Positions 37,827 to 50,361 of a stretch of DNA of 64,000 nucleotides are shown here, piece by piece. Within the stretch, counting starts at the first letter, position 1, and each line of letters opens with the position of its first letter. The stretch lies in assembly GCA_964199315.1 (NCBI GenBank), contig OZ116698.1, forward strand, positions 12,772,001-12,836,000. The letters run 5' to 3'. Position numbers and translations under genes: made by a program. The notes below the pieces were generated by a model that saw only the letters and a list, made by a program, of their open reading frames with translations, was not told the origin of the DNA and did no database searches. The stretch comes from Orbicella franksi. Its lineage: Eukaryota.

Positions 37827-40800
37827 TGTAACGCCTTCTCAGTCGTTCAGTGTTGCGTTACGCATCCCGTCATCCCCTAGTTCTAATACGGGACTTAAAA
37901 AAAGGGGTTCCTGGTGCTAGGAGAACGCTTTCGCAACGTCCGTGTATTTTCAGTGTGTATTTGTAGCTTCGTTACCTGTTTACTCAAGCTTCACCCGAAG
38001 CCATTCCCGAGTACGTTCCATTACAGTCTTTGACAATCTTATCCGGACATTGTGGTAAGGAAATCCTGTCATGCCTTACTTTGAACTTTAACATGTTCAA
38101 GCTGTAATAATTCGTCCCAACACCGTGGAAAATAAACCGGAGTAGAACTGTTAGACGTGTGGATCGTACCAATGTTTCTCGCGCCCCGTTCTGCACAGAA
38201 AGGCGGCCGCTACAGTCAAAGACTAGTGAACACTCGAAAGAACCTCATAAGCATCATGCAATCGGAAGAACAGAAAGGAGATAAACACGAAGACACCGGC
38301 ATTGGGTTGACCTTCGCTTCAAAACAAGATGTCACCGAACCGGACAAGGAAACAGGAATTCCCAGACAACATCAGAAGAGCCTATCGCTTCGACAGGAAC
38401 GAAGGTTAGTCCTTTTCCTATTGCTTCGTTCGAAGAACCTTCGTTTAATTCAAATGAAGTCGAAATTTTGCCCAGTGATACAGACAATCTCGAGCACGAT
38501 GGTAGTGAAACTAGATCCAGGACCCTCACGTCCAAAGGAAGAGAATATCAGTGTGATTTAAAGAAAAAAGCCACGTTAGCCTGTGACCGCGAGCTGCGAG
38601 CAAAGTTAAGAAGTTTTGAAGGTTTTGTGCGTGATTGTAAAAGCCCTGATGAAATCAGAAGGGAAATTGCACAAACAGCTAGAGATGTAGACGAAGTCCA
38701 ACAAGCTTTTGATGATTGGATTGAATTGTCAGACGAGACTAGCGAATGTCAACGTGCCTCGAATAAACAGTCATACATATATGACGCCTGGAAAATTGCA
38801 CACACTACTGCCGTGCAAGAAATTAAAAGGCTTGAAGAGGATAGTAAATCTATTTACTCCCGAAAGTCAAGCCGATCGCGAACCTCTACTAAATCAGGGT
38901 CCAGCAAAAGTTTATCCAGGGAGACACTTATTGCCTGCCAGGCCAAAAAGGCTGCTCTAAAAGAGAAACTCAAGTTCTCACCAATCATCGCAGAACAAGA
39001 AAGTAAGTTAGAGCAGTTAAGGATACAAAAAGAACTTGAAGAAATCGCAGCCCAAGAAGCTGTATACAAAAAAGCGATCGACGAAGAGAATCAACTAGAT
39101 GACGAACAACAACCTTTGCTGCCCACTACTCTGCACGATCCTGTTGATGCCTTTCTGAACTACCACGAGGAAGCCGGGTTGACCTCCACACCAGAGGCTC
39201 CCATCTTAACATCTTCTACCCCAGTAACGCCAGCAACAAACAATGTATCGGTCACATCTTCGTCACCTTCAATTCACGTGCTACACCCTCAACCAGAGCC
39301 TCCAACCTCACACAACGCACCGCCCCAAGCACCACTGGTACCGCCAGTTCAAGAACCCAGGAGAACCTTGTGTCCATTTTCACCTGTTTACACTACCACC
39401 AGCTTCAGCATTGGAGGTCAGCGCCCCCCGATTATTCCAGCAATCACCACTGCACAGTCAGAGTACCATCCTTCTACACCAAAGGGCTTCTGTGGAAACC
39501 GTCCAGCATTCTTTCCGCCACCTGTAACCCCGTTTCTTCCAGTATCGCAAAGCTACACAGCCCAACTTACGGATACCCTTGCGAAGATTACCCAGTTACA
39601 GCGACTACCACAGGCGACACCTGATGTTTTTGAAGGCAACGACTGGGACAAAACTAAATTCTTCTTGTGGGAAAATACATTTGAAAGTCTAATTGATTCT
39701 GCACCAGTTACAGCTAGACAGAAGTTACATCTCTTGTACCAATACTTGGGCGGTAAAGCCAAAAAGGTCGTGGAACAATTACAATACCTAGTACAAGACC
39801 CCGAAAGTGCATACCAGGAAGCGCGCAAAATCCTCAAGGAACGTTTTGGTAACCCTGCCATTATCAGCACAGACTTTGAAAAGAAACTAACAACTTGGCC
39901 TAAGGTCGGACCAAACGATGCAACTGGTCTGGAAGAGTTCAGTGATTTCTTGCAACAAGTAAAAATCGCAAGCAAGCATATCGAAAGTCTCAAAGTTCTC
40001 AGTTACCCTTCACAAATTCAAGTCTTAGTTGAAAAGCTACCTGGGTGGTTTAAAGCAAAGTGGTCAGATAAAGTGTTAAAGCTTCAGAGAAAGAAAGGAA
40101 AAGATGCCTTCCCATCCTTTGAAGAGTTTGCTGAAGAAGTACGCTACCATGCAGAAAGGACAAACATCCCTCAAATTCTGCAAAGTCCAGGAACAACTGG
40201 CTCCACAACCCCTGACCGAGGCAAGCCTGCAGGTCGCCAATTTCGTCGTAGCCGAAATTCAAATGTTGCTTTGACATTCGCATCACCTTCAGGCAACGAC
40301 AGTGAACTAAACCTTGTTGACAAAGAATCGCAAGTGGCAGCAATCCAAGCTCAGCAACCAAACCTGAGAACCACTCCACCAAGCAACTTGCCAACCCCTC
40401 AGCAACCAGGCCACACCACTCCACCTGACTCTGATACATACTGCTTCTATCACAAGATGAAGTCCCATGCAATGAATGACTGTGAGCAGTTCCAAAGGCT
40501 CAGCTATCAAGAACGCAAAGACTTCTTGATGAAGAACAGGATCTGTCTCAAGTGTGTCAGCTCTAACAGGCATATCTCCAAAGACTGCAACAGAGACACG
40601 CCACTATACTTCATGATCCGACCCGACATGAGAAGAAACACATTAGCCAAGCTAATTCTGCCTGTTCTCAAGTTTGTGGACAAAACCAGCCAGCACGCTC
40701 TTGTGCGCGAATAGTTCTTCTTGAAGTCTTCAACCAAGACAATCCCTCAGTGAAGGTACCAACCTATGCAGTACTGGATGACCAGTCGACAGATGTTTTC

Positions 40801-43800
40801 GTTACAGATACCCTTCTCGAACAGCTAGGAGTTAAGGGCCAAGATGTAAACCTTGAAATAAACACGATTACAGGAGTAAACAGTGTCCGCACTCAGAAAG
40901 TGAATGGATTACACATCCAGGACATTGACAATCTACACAAGCCTATTAAAGTTCCATTTGCTTACTCTCAAGATACAATTCCAGCCAGTCAAGAAGACAT
41001 TGCAACACCAGAAGTAGCCAGGTGTTGGAAGCATTTAGAAGAAGTGGCTCATCGCATATATCACCATCCTGGTACACAGATTGATTCCAGCCGTTGAGTA
41101 TCATCTATGGCAGAGAAGATGAGCCTTGGGCTGAAGAGTATAAGTTCGGTTGGACAATCATCGGTCCTGTGTGTCTACACAAGAGAGAAGATAGTGTGAA
41201 CTGTGCGACAGTTAATCGCATTACGATACAGCGAGAAATCCCTCAGAACCACTTCAATGTGCCGACTAGCAACAGTTCCAAAGAAGTTTCTGTGATCTCC
41301 TTTGCCACAAGGCACTACATTAAAGATGTTACCTCGCCCCAGCAAGTCAGAGAAATGATGCAATTGGACTACAGTGAACTTCACCACACCCGAAACATCC
41401 CTGGCACCGAAAAGAGTGAGTCCGTGGAAGACAGGCGTTTCTGTAACATTCTCACTACCAGCATCCACAAGAATCAAACGGGAAATTGGGAAATGCCTTT
41501 ACCATTCAAAACAGATGATGTGACTTTGCCAAACAATCCTGAACAATGTCTGAAAAGGCTACTTGGCATCAAGAGGAAAATCCTTAAAAATGGCAAGACA
41601 CTAAAACATTACACTGAGTTCATGCAGAAGATCTTTGACAAGAACCATGCCAGTCTCGTCCCACCAGAGGAACTGGAGACCAATGCTGGGAAAGTCTGGT
41701 ACCTGCCACATTTTGACGTCTACCACCCCAAGAAACCAGATCAAATACGAATAGTCTTCGATTGCAGCGCTGTCTTCCAAGATCAGTCGCTCAACAGACA
41801 TCTCTAGCAAGGACCAGACATGATGAATGGTCTCGTTGGTGTACTCTCAAGGTTTCGAAAAGAAGAAACAGCAGTAACATGCGACATCGAACAGATGTTT
41901 CACAGTTTTCATGTTAACCCAGAACACAGAAACTTTCTGAGATTTCTATGGTTTAAAGACAATGGTCTGAATGGCCAAATTTGTGAATATCGGATGAATG
42001 CCCATCTCTTCGGAGCCATCTCTTCGCCAGGCGTCGCCAATTTTGGTCTAAGAGCCACAGCTGAAGCCGGTCGAGAGCAATTTGGCCAGGCAGCTGCAGA
42101 CTTTCTTCAACGAGACTTCTACGTTGATGATGGATTAAAGTCCTTTGTTACACCTGAAAGTGCTATCGATATCATCAGGAACACGAAAGCCATGTGTGCA
42201 GCCGCTAACTTACGCTTACACAAATTTGCTAGTAACAGTAAGACCGTACTGGAAGCCATGCCCGCTGAAGATCGTTCCAAAGACCTGAAGGATCTTGATC
42301 TTCGTCATGACATCTTACCTGTCCAGCGTTCACTGGGTACCAACTGGTGCATTGAATCTGATACGATTGGATTCCGCATAGAACTTAAGGATAAACCTCT
42401 CACCCGTAGGGGAATTCTTTCAACCGTGAGTTCGGTGTACGATCCGTTAGGGATAGTGGCACCAGTCATCTTAGTGGGAAAACAGTTACTTCAAGAACTG
42501 TGCCATGACGGCATCGATTGGGATGACCCCGTTCCAAGCCATGTCCACTCACAGTGGGAAAAATGGAGGTCAGAACTACCTCTCCTAGAGAAAATTATGA
42601 TTCCAAGATGCGTCAAAGCCCCCGGGTTTGGTGAACCAATCGTTTTAGAGTTACACAGTTTCTCCGATGCCAGTGATGTAGGACTTGGCCAAGTAACTTA
42701 CCTCCGACTTGTAAACAGCTCGAACCAGGTACACGTCAGTTTCCTAATGGGGAAGGCTCGAGTTGCACCACTGAAGCCAATGTCAACTCCACGGCGTGAA
42801 CTTACTGCTGCAGTAATTTCGGTCAACGTGGTCTCCATGCTCAGCAGAGAGCTCAACTACAAAGATCCAGTAGAAGTATTTTACACGGACTCCTCCGTCG
42901 TGGGTTACATACGTAACGAAGCGAAGCGTTTCCATACGTATGTGGGAAACCGTGTACATCACATCCATGAAAGATCAAAACCAGAACAGTGGCACCATGT
43001 TTCCAGCGCTAGCAACCCAGCTGACGTTGCCTCACGAGGCACAACCGCCAACAACTTGCAGAACATGAACTGTGGTTCAAAGGCCCGAGTTTCTTGTGGG
43101 AAACAGATGTGACTGTGGTGAACTCGGATCCAGTCCCTGATCTGAGCCCTGAAGATGCGGAAGTAAAGAAAGTCAATACAGCTGTCCCTATCTCCAACCA
43201 AGTCAGGCCTGAAAACAAAGAAGAGAAAGCCTTTCCAGAAGTTTTAGAGTTGGAACGCTTCACTCATTCATCATCCCTCAGTTGCCTGAAAAGAAGCATT
43301 GTTCGCATCCAGAGATTGATTGAAAGGAACCGTCCCAACAAACAGTACAATTCAAGGTCTGTTTCTGGTCCTCCAACCGTGGAAGAAATGCGCATAGCAG
43401 AAGAAGTAATTTTCAAGTCAGTACAGTTTTGGTACTTTGGTAAGGAGATTCAAGTACTCCAAAACCATAGCGGCAAAGATCCCATGTTCCGGAACCGCCG
43501 GAATGCTCACACCAGAAATGAAAAGTTGAAGCAAACCAGTTCACTCTTTATGCTTGACCCATTTCTTGACGAAAAAGGAATGCTCAGAGTAGGGGGCCGA
43601 CTCCAGAAAGCTACCTTAGCGTATGAAGTTAAACATCCCATTGTTGTGCCCAAGAAGAGTCACATAACTGAACTTCTGATCAGACAGTACCACAGTCAAG
43701 AACAACATCATCAAGGCTGCGGTATGACGCACAATGCACTTAGACAAGCCGGTTATTGGATTATAAACGGACGTGCCTCTGTTTCACAGCAGCTCCGAAA

Positions 43801-45381
43801 GTGCATCATCTGTCGCAAGCTCCGCGCACCCGCCCAAGTCCAAAAGATGGCGAACCTTCCTGAAGAACGTGTTACTCCAGCTTCACCTTTCACATACTCC
43901 GGTATGGACATTTTCGGCCCTTGGTACATCAAAGAGGGCCGGAAAGAGCTAAAGCGCTGGGGACTAATCTTCACTTGCCTTAGTTCCCGGGCTATACATC
44001 TGGAAACCTTAAACTCAATGGAAACTGATGCATTCATTAATGCACTCAGACGATTCGTCAACCGAAGAGGCAAAGTCCGTGAATTGAGATGTGATCAAGG
44101 ATCAAACTTCATAGGAGCGAAAAATGAGCTCAACGTTGCGCTGAGAGAAGTAAACGTCGATTCTGTTAAGAACTTCCTCCTAACCCAAGATTGCGACCTC
44201 ATCGAGTTCAAGATGAACGTGCCATGCGCATCCCATATGGGCGGCATATGGGAGCGACTTATTCGTACTGTACGCTCAGTCCTGGCCGGTCTCCTAGATG
44301 ACCACGCCCAACAGCTTGATGACGAGACCCTTCGAACTCTGTTTACTGAAGCAGAAAACATCGTGAACAGCCGCCCGCTCACTGTGGACAATTTATCAGA
44401 TCCAGAGGCACCTGAGCCAATCACTCCAAATCATCTGCTTACTCTCAAGGCAAAAGTAGTATTGCCCCCTCCGGGCAATTTCTCGCGACCGGATCTCTAC
44501 TCAAGACGGAGATGGAGAAGGGTTCAATACCTGTCAGATCAATTTTGGCGCCGCTGGCAACGAGAATACTGCTTGCTACAACAGAAACGCCAGAAATGGA
44601 ATGATGTCACTCCTAACAGCCAAGTTGGTGATATTGTCCTTATTCGCGATGATTCCTCCCCTAGAAACCAGTGGCCACTTGCCAAAGTGACGGAGGTCTA
44701 TCCCAGTGAAGATGGGCTTGTACGCAAGGTCCTCCTCCTTGTCACCAAGTCTGGAACAAAGAAGTTCTTTGAAAGACCTATCCACAAGTTGGTCCTGATT
44801 TACCGTCCAAATGAAGATGAAAGGGACGACTGATTCAGTGTGCTGATGAAGAAACCTTTATTACCGGAGTACGACCCCGTCGGGGAGCCTGAACTGTTCC
44901 TTCATATAGGAATGATTGACATTGATAGAACTTATTCTGTTTGATATTTGTTATTGTAACTTCATACATTCTTACAATGTATGAGGGGAGCCATGTAACG
45001 CCTTCTCAGTCGTTCAGTGTTGCGTTACGCATCCCGTCATCCCCTAGTTCTAATACGGGACTTAAAAAAAGGGGTTCCTGGTGCTAGGAGAACGTTTTCG
45101 CAACGTCCGTGTATTTTCAGTGTGTATTTGTAGCTTCGTTACCTGTTTACTCAAGCTTCACCCGAAGCCATTCCCGAGTACGTTCCATTACAGTCTTTGA
45201 CAATCTTATCCGGACATTGTGGTAAGGAAATCCTGTCATGCCTTACTTTGAACTTTAACATGTTCAAGCTGTAATAATTCGTCCCAACACCGTGGAAAAT
45301 AAACCGGAGTAGAACTGTTAGACGTGTGGATCGTACCAATGTTTCTCGCGCCCCGTTCTGCATAGAAAGGCGGCCGCTACA
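37827..45381 (+). mobile_element. Full-length BEL/Pao LTR retrotransposon, ORF disrupted
   Basis: LTRs 37827-38214 and 44994-45381 (388 bp, TG..CA, 2 C/T differences). 5-bp TSD ATTAT (37822-37826 / 45382-45386). Polypurine tract GAGGGGAGCCA precedes the 3' LTR. Domain order is gag-PR-RT-RH-IN. Confidence 0.96.
38468..44833 (+). pseudogene. BEL/Pao gag-pol polyprotein in five broken pieces (38468-40714, ~40590-41097, 41094-41807, 41820-43112, 43094-44833)
   Basis: Gag with CFYHKMKSHAMNDC and CLKCVSSNRHISKDC knuckles; protease AVLDDQS; RT WYLPHF..RIVFDCS, DIEQMF, FYVDDG; RNase H LHSFSDAS, ELTAAV, YTDS, NPADVASRG; integrase GMDIFGP, IFTCL..RAIHLE, CDQGSNF, WERLIR, and a GPY/F-like WPLAKV..EDGLVR. 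Confidence 0.93.
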
Positions 45382-45806
45382 ATTATGACGTCATGATAAA
45401 TACAACGCATTTAGTTTTCGAGTGTAGCGAGTCTTTTCAGTTCGTTTGCTGAAGAAAGCGAAAGTTTCTACTGTAAAGCTTCTCAGAGAAATCGACTCCT
45501 GTGGATTAAACAGGTAAGACGATCACACTGTAACTGAGAAAAGTTCAAACTGCAATTTTTTTGCGGCCTTAGCTTTCCAGCTGAAGAAAAGGAAACTTAG
45601 CGCAAAAAGTGTGAACAGGGTTTTTTTTTCAGCTCGTAAAACTAGATCAATGTCTCACTGTAATAAAGACAAAAACAACTCTTTAGCAACTGGAAGTTTC
45701 TGTGATTGGAAGATAATTCAACTTCTTTTTCTTTTGTATCGAACAGTTTGTTAATACTAGGTTTTGAAGAAAATTGTCTATCTTTCGTCTCCAGTGCCTA
45801 TTCGTC

Positions 45807-46355
45807 ATGACTTGGATCGAAGATATCGACTACCTATGTCCTTGGTTGATGAATAATCTGCGAGCAGCTTCAGAACGAGTGAATGATTTAAAGGAATGCC
45901 AAGCAGTGCGCATGCTCAGACAAATCAAGAAATTTATCTTAAACCATCCAGTCTTCTCACTCTTCCTGGCTATCGTAGTTAGCCTTGTTTTTCTGCCACT
46001 CCTCTTGTTCCTTACCTTTGTATCAAGTTCATTCGTGGTAGTGTCAGTAAGTGCACTAACAGTCCTTGGGGGAACATTTGTGGTGGCTTTGTTCTCGTTC
46101 CTCGTAGCTCTGTCCCCAGCACTGGTGTTTGGAGGCATCCTGGCAGCACTTATTTACCTTCTGTTCTGTTTCGTCATGAAAATGCTGCAAATTATCAAGA
46201 GATTGAAGTACAAGTGCTTTGCTGCTTCCCGGCGTTTAAGACATCTTCGTCGTTGTCGGAGAGAACCAGTTCAATTTGTTGGCTCACAAGTCGGCCCGGC
46301 ATGTTTTGCGGCCGAATACGAGCATTCTTTTATCCCAGCTCTTAATGAGGAGTAA
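45807..46355 (+). CDS. Promethin / lipid droplet assembly factor 1 (TMEM159)-like membrane protein, 182 aa, single coding exon
   Basis: ATG at 45807 follows the acceptor ctccag. HPVFSLFLAIVVSLVFLPLLLFL begins a ~75-aa continuous hydrophobic double hairpin resembling promethin (HPFLAFTLLVFIVMSAVPVGFFL). A likely 5'UTR exon donor cag|gtaaga lies at 45513. Confidence 0.65.
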   Translation: MTWIEDIDYLCPWLMNNLRAASERVNDLKECQAVRMLRQIKKFILNHPVFSLFLAIVVSLVFLPLLLFLTFVSSSFVVVSVSALTVLGGTFVVALFSFLVALSPALVFGGILAALIYLLFCFVMKMLQIIKRLKYKCFAASRRLRHLRRCRREPVQFVGSQVGPACFAAEYEHSFIPALNEE

Positions 46356-46789
46356 TGAGGAGCTCTTCTAAAAGAAGCAACGGAACACAACTTGGTTAGG
46401 GACAAAAGACGGGAAATACCTAAACTCCACACTGTCTTACCTCACTCAAACTGGAGTAGCTTACGACGAAAATACTTAAGCAAAATTCCAACAGACATAA
46501 ACTTACTGAGTTGTAGGCCAAAAGCATCAACATTTCCGGAATCTCGGACGCCATTTTCCCCGAGCTACATCCGCAAAAATCCTCGCAGCGTATACGCGCG
46601 TGTGCGCACGCGATGGCTTAATTTGTTCTAAAAATAGCAAAATTGTCCCATATCATAGGGAAGGTTCCAATACTAGAAATGGCGCGCGCTTGCGGTCTCC
46701 GCCCCCAATTAAGGGTCCTGCTAACACCCTCTAGTAAATAATATATAGATTTAGCCAAGCCTAAAAGTGGAGCTCCTGGGCCGCTTTGT

Positions 46790-47030
46790 TCGAAACTCGC
46801 TTAAGCTAACCCAGGCTAAGCGAGAATTTCAATTTGAGTTTTGTGACTTTGCGGCGAGGTTTTCTTTTTATATTTTTGGCCTTCTGTTTTGATTTTGAAT
46901 AATCTGAAACTACACCATGAGCCCTGACTCTAAAGCAGTGAAAAACACTTGTAGAGAAGATAAATTTACACTTCGGTTAACGTTCAATCCTGGGTTACCC
47001 TTAATCCAATTTCCGAACAACCTGGCCCTG
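46790..47030. mobile_element. Short MITE-like inverted-repeat element
   Basis: gggccgctttgttcgaaa..aagctaacccagg and cctgggttacccttaatccaatttccgaacaacctggccc are imperfect inverted ends. Confidence 0.55.
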
Positions 47031-47652
47031 ATTACAACAAATTAACCTGACATGAACCTGCGATTCAATCGAAAACACGTACTTGGTCAGCGGTCAACTT
47101 TAAAAGACACATGAACTCGATGAGCTTTAAATCTAAGCCCGCGATATGGTCACGTGATACTTGTCAGCGGATACCTTGTTTTGAAAGGTATCAATTGACC
47201 ATAACATGGATGTCAAATATCAGACGTACGCTGTAAACCAAGACTTGTTATTAGTTGAAGTATAGCCGCCATGTTCGCGACGTCGTCGTCGTCGCGTCGT
47301 TGGGCGCACGCGCCCGCGATCCATGCCGCTAGCCATGTTGACCATGATAAAGAGTTGCATGGGTTTCTATTTCTATGCATGCATGTGGTTCTGTTCCTAT
47401 ATTTATGGTGTTCCGCTTGGCGGCCCTTCGGGCCGCCGGAGCTCCGCAAGTAACCTTATTCGTGCCGCGCGCTATTTCCTTGTTGCAAATTCCTGAGCTT
47501 TTGTTTGGAATTGACTTACTTGGTGTTTCAGGAAATAAAATTATTCCGGACTGAAATGCTGCTTACTTTAAACAATATCATCTAGTTTCAGTATGGAAAT
47601 TTGATAAATCCAGTTGGCTTTTGGATCACAATCAGACCTAATTTACCAAAAT

Positions 47653-50361
47653 ACCGTAAAATCCCACGTTAAAGCCCTGGGCTTATATAACATCATAAGG
47701 GGTTTGGGATGTGCTTATAAACGCGGGGGACTTATAACCGGGGGGCATATTAGCGGAATAAAAGAAATGCTTCGGAACGACGAGATAAAGCATATCTGAG
47801 AAACGACTTAAAGCTAACATGCCATTACACTTAGAGCTGTTGAAAGAAGAATTTATTTCAAAACATCTACTGTATAATATATAAAACACTAATCCGACTG
47901 GAACGACTGGAACGGAACAGAACGAAAGTCAAAAAACTACAAGCCTCAAGGTTATCAATTTATACATTAGATGGGCTTACATCCGGGGATGCTTACATCA
48001 GAGGGGGAGACTTATATCCGGAATAATATCTTAGCAAATCGAGGGGCTTATATCCTTGTGATTGCTAAGACACTGCTTAAGCTAAACAGAACAGGCAGGA
48101 GAGCAGTACAAGTCAGAAGATACGAGACCGGTAAGCTGAATGTTCCTGAAATTAGGAAGCAATTTCAGTTGGAACTAAAGAACAGGTTCACCTGTTTACT
48201 GCTAGAAGATGATTGTGACGTAAATACTGGACAAGAAGAGGAGGGCGAAGTAGCACGTGAGAACGAAGTAGAGAAAAAGTGGAAAAAGATCAAAGACACT
48301 TACTGTGAGACGGCCAAGGATGTGCTAGGCTACAGAACAAGGAAAAACAAGAGCTGGATCAGCCCAGAAAGCTGGAAGGGAATTGAAGAAAGGAAACAGC
48401 TAAAGCAAAAGTTAGCTGGCACAAGGTCGGAACGTCTTAGGGCAAGGCTGCAGCAGGAATACAGGAATAAAGATCTAGAAGTGAAGAAAAGTTTGAGAAA
48501 GGATAAGAGAGAGTGGGCTAACAATATAGCACAAGAGGCAGAGGATGCTGCTAAATGTGGGCAGATGAAAGATGTGTACGATGCTACAAGAAGGCTGTGC
48601 TGCGAGCCACCAAAGAAAATTGACATGGTAAGGAACAAGGAAGGCAATTTGTTGACAAAAGAAGAGGAGGTGCAACAAAGATGGAAAGAGCACTTTGCTG
48701 AAATACTGAATAGGCCCAACCCAGAACGTGAGGCCGAAGTGATTAGCGACATGGAAGTTATAGAAGAGATACCATCAGGCCCCATAACTAAAGCCGAGAT
48801 CAGGAGCGCCATCACTAGCATGAAAGCAGGCAAAGCATCTGTCATAGACTGCGTGACAGTTGAACTGCTCAAGGCTGACATTACAACGACAGTCGACGTA
48901 CTTCACGACCTTTTCCGTGAGATATGGGTCAGTGAGATTGTCCCCGCAGATTGGAGGAAGGGTCTCATTGTCAAGATTGCCAAAAAGGGGGATCTCACCA
49001 AGTGTGGAAACTGGCGGGGGATTACTCTGATGTCTGTTGCTGCAAAAGTGATGTGCAAGGTATTGATTAGAAGAATATCAGGTGGTGTTGATGCTAAGCT
49101 ACGGAAGGAGCAAGCTGGTTTCAGGAAAGGAAGGAGTACGATAGAGCAGATATTCGTTCTCAGGAACATCGTAGAACAAGCGGTGGAATGGAACTCCAGC
49201 TTATATGTATGCTTTGTCGACTACGAAAAGGCTTTTGACAGCGTGCACAGGAAAACCTTGTGGAAGATCATGGAGAGTTATGGGATACCGTCGAAGCTTG
49301 TCAGAATGGTCAACGTAATGTATGACGATAGCCAATGTGCGGTTGTTGACGGTACAGGTCAAACGGACTGGTTTGACGTGAAGTCCGGCGTAAAGCAGGG
49401 GTGTAACATGTCAGGGTTTCTGTTCTTACTCGTGATCGACTGGATCATGAGAAGAACAGTAACGGGTGCTAACACTGGCATTAGATGGAAATTGTGGTCC
49501 AAGTTAGACGACTTGGACTTTGCTGATGACATTGCTCTTACATCCAGTACGAAATGTCAAATGCAACAGAAAGTGAAAAATCTCAGCACTAACAGCAAGA
49601 AAACTGGTTTGAAGATCAACTCCGAAAAGACAAAACTCCTTAGACTGAACACGACCAGCAATGAGAATGTTCAGGTTGACGAACACGATATTGAAGATGT
49701 AGAGAGTTTTGTGTACTTGGGTGCACACATCAGCAAGTCAGGTGGCACAGAAGAAGACATCAAAGCAAGGCTAGGGAAAGCAAGGGCTGCATATAGTAAG
49801 TGAGATAAGATCTGGAAGAACAGTCAATTTACCTACAAGACTAAGATCAAAATTTTCAAAGCTAATGTCATCTCGGTGTTGCTGTATGGTTGTGAATGCT
49901 GGCGAATGACCAAAACAGATGAGAAAAAACTGGATGCGTTCTTACATAAGAGCCTTCGTCAGATATTAAAGATCTACTGGCCAATGCGGATAACAAACGA
50001 GGAGATTAGAGCAAGAACAGGAATGGAGACAATAAGCAAGCAAGTGGCAAGGAGGAGATGGACGTGGCTGGGTCACGTCCTCACAATGGATCACCACTCA
50101 CATCCACGAATTGCTCTCACATGGGTACCTGAAGGCAAACGGAAACGGGGTCGACCGCGCGAGACTTGGAGAAGGACTGTAGAAAGGGAGCTGGAAAAGG
50201 AAGGTTTAAGAACATGGGCAGCAGCAGCATCGGCTGCGGAGGACAGAACAGCCTAGAGGCAGAGAGCTTACGGCCCAATTCTCCACTTGGAGAACGGATA
50301 AATGATGATGATATCCGGGGATGCTTATAACCGGGGGGGAACTTCAACGTGGGATTTTACG
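47653..50361. mobile_element. MITE-like element split by an RTE LINE insertion
   Basis: Inverted ends CCGTAAAATCCCACGTT (~47653) and AACGTGGGATTTTACG (~50346-50361), with internal gggcttata repeats on both sides of the LINE. Confidence 0.65.
48056..50310 (+). mobile_element. 5'-truncated RTE-clade non-LTR retrotransposon (reverse transcriptase), with in-frame stop at 49801-49803
   Basis: NWRGITLMS, QAGFRKGRST.EQIF, FVDYEKAFDSVHR, GVKQGC, LDFADD, FVYLG, LLYGCECW, WLGHV. It ends in a (TGA)n tail and is flanked by the TSD atatcc (48050-48055 / 50311-50316). Confidence 0.92.

Noticed and set aside
37984-38196. Identical 70-aa minus ORFs at 37984 and 45151
   Set aside because: They are the same LTR sequence twice, with no protein motif.
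39553-44785. Several 70-146 aa minus-strand ORFs
   Set aside because: Antisense shadows of the BEL gag-pol frame.
47971-48055. N-terminus of the 610-aa ORF as a real start
   Set aside because: It derives from the host MITE upstream of the LINE 5' truncation point.
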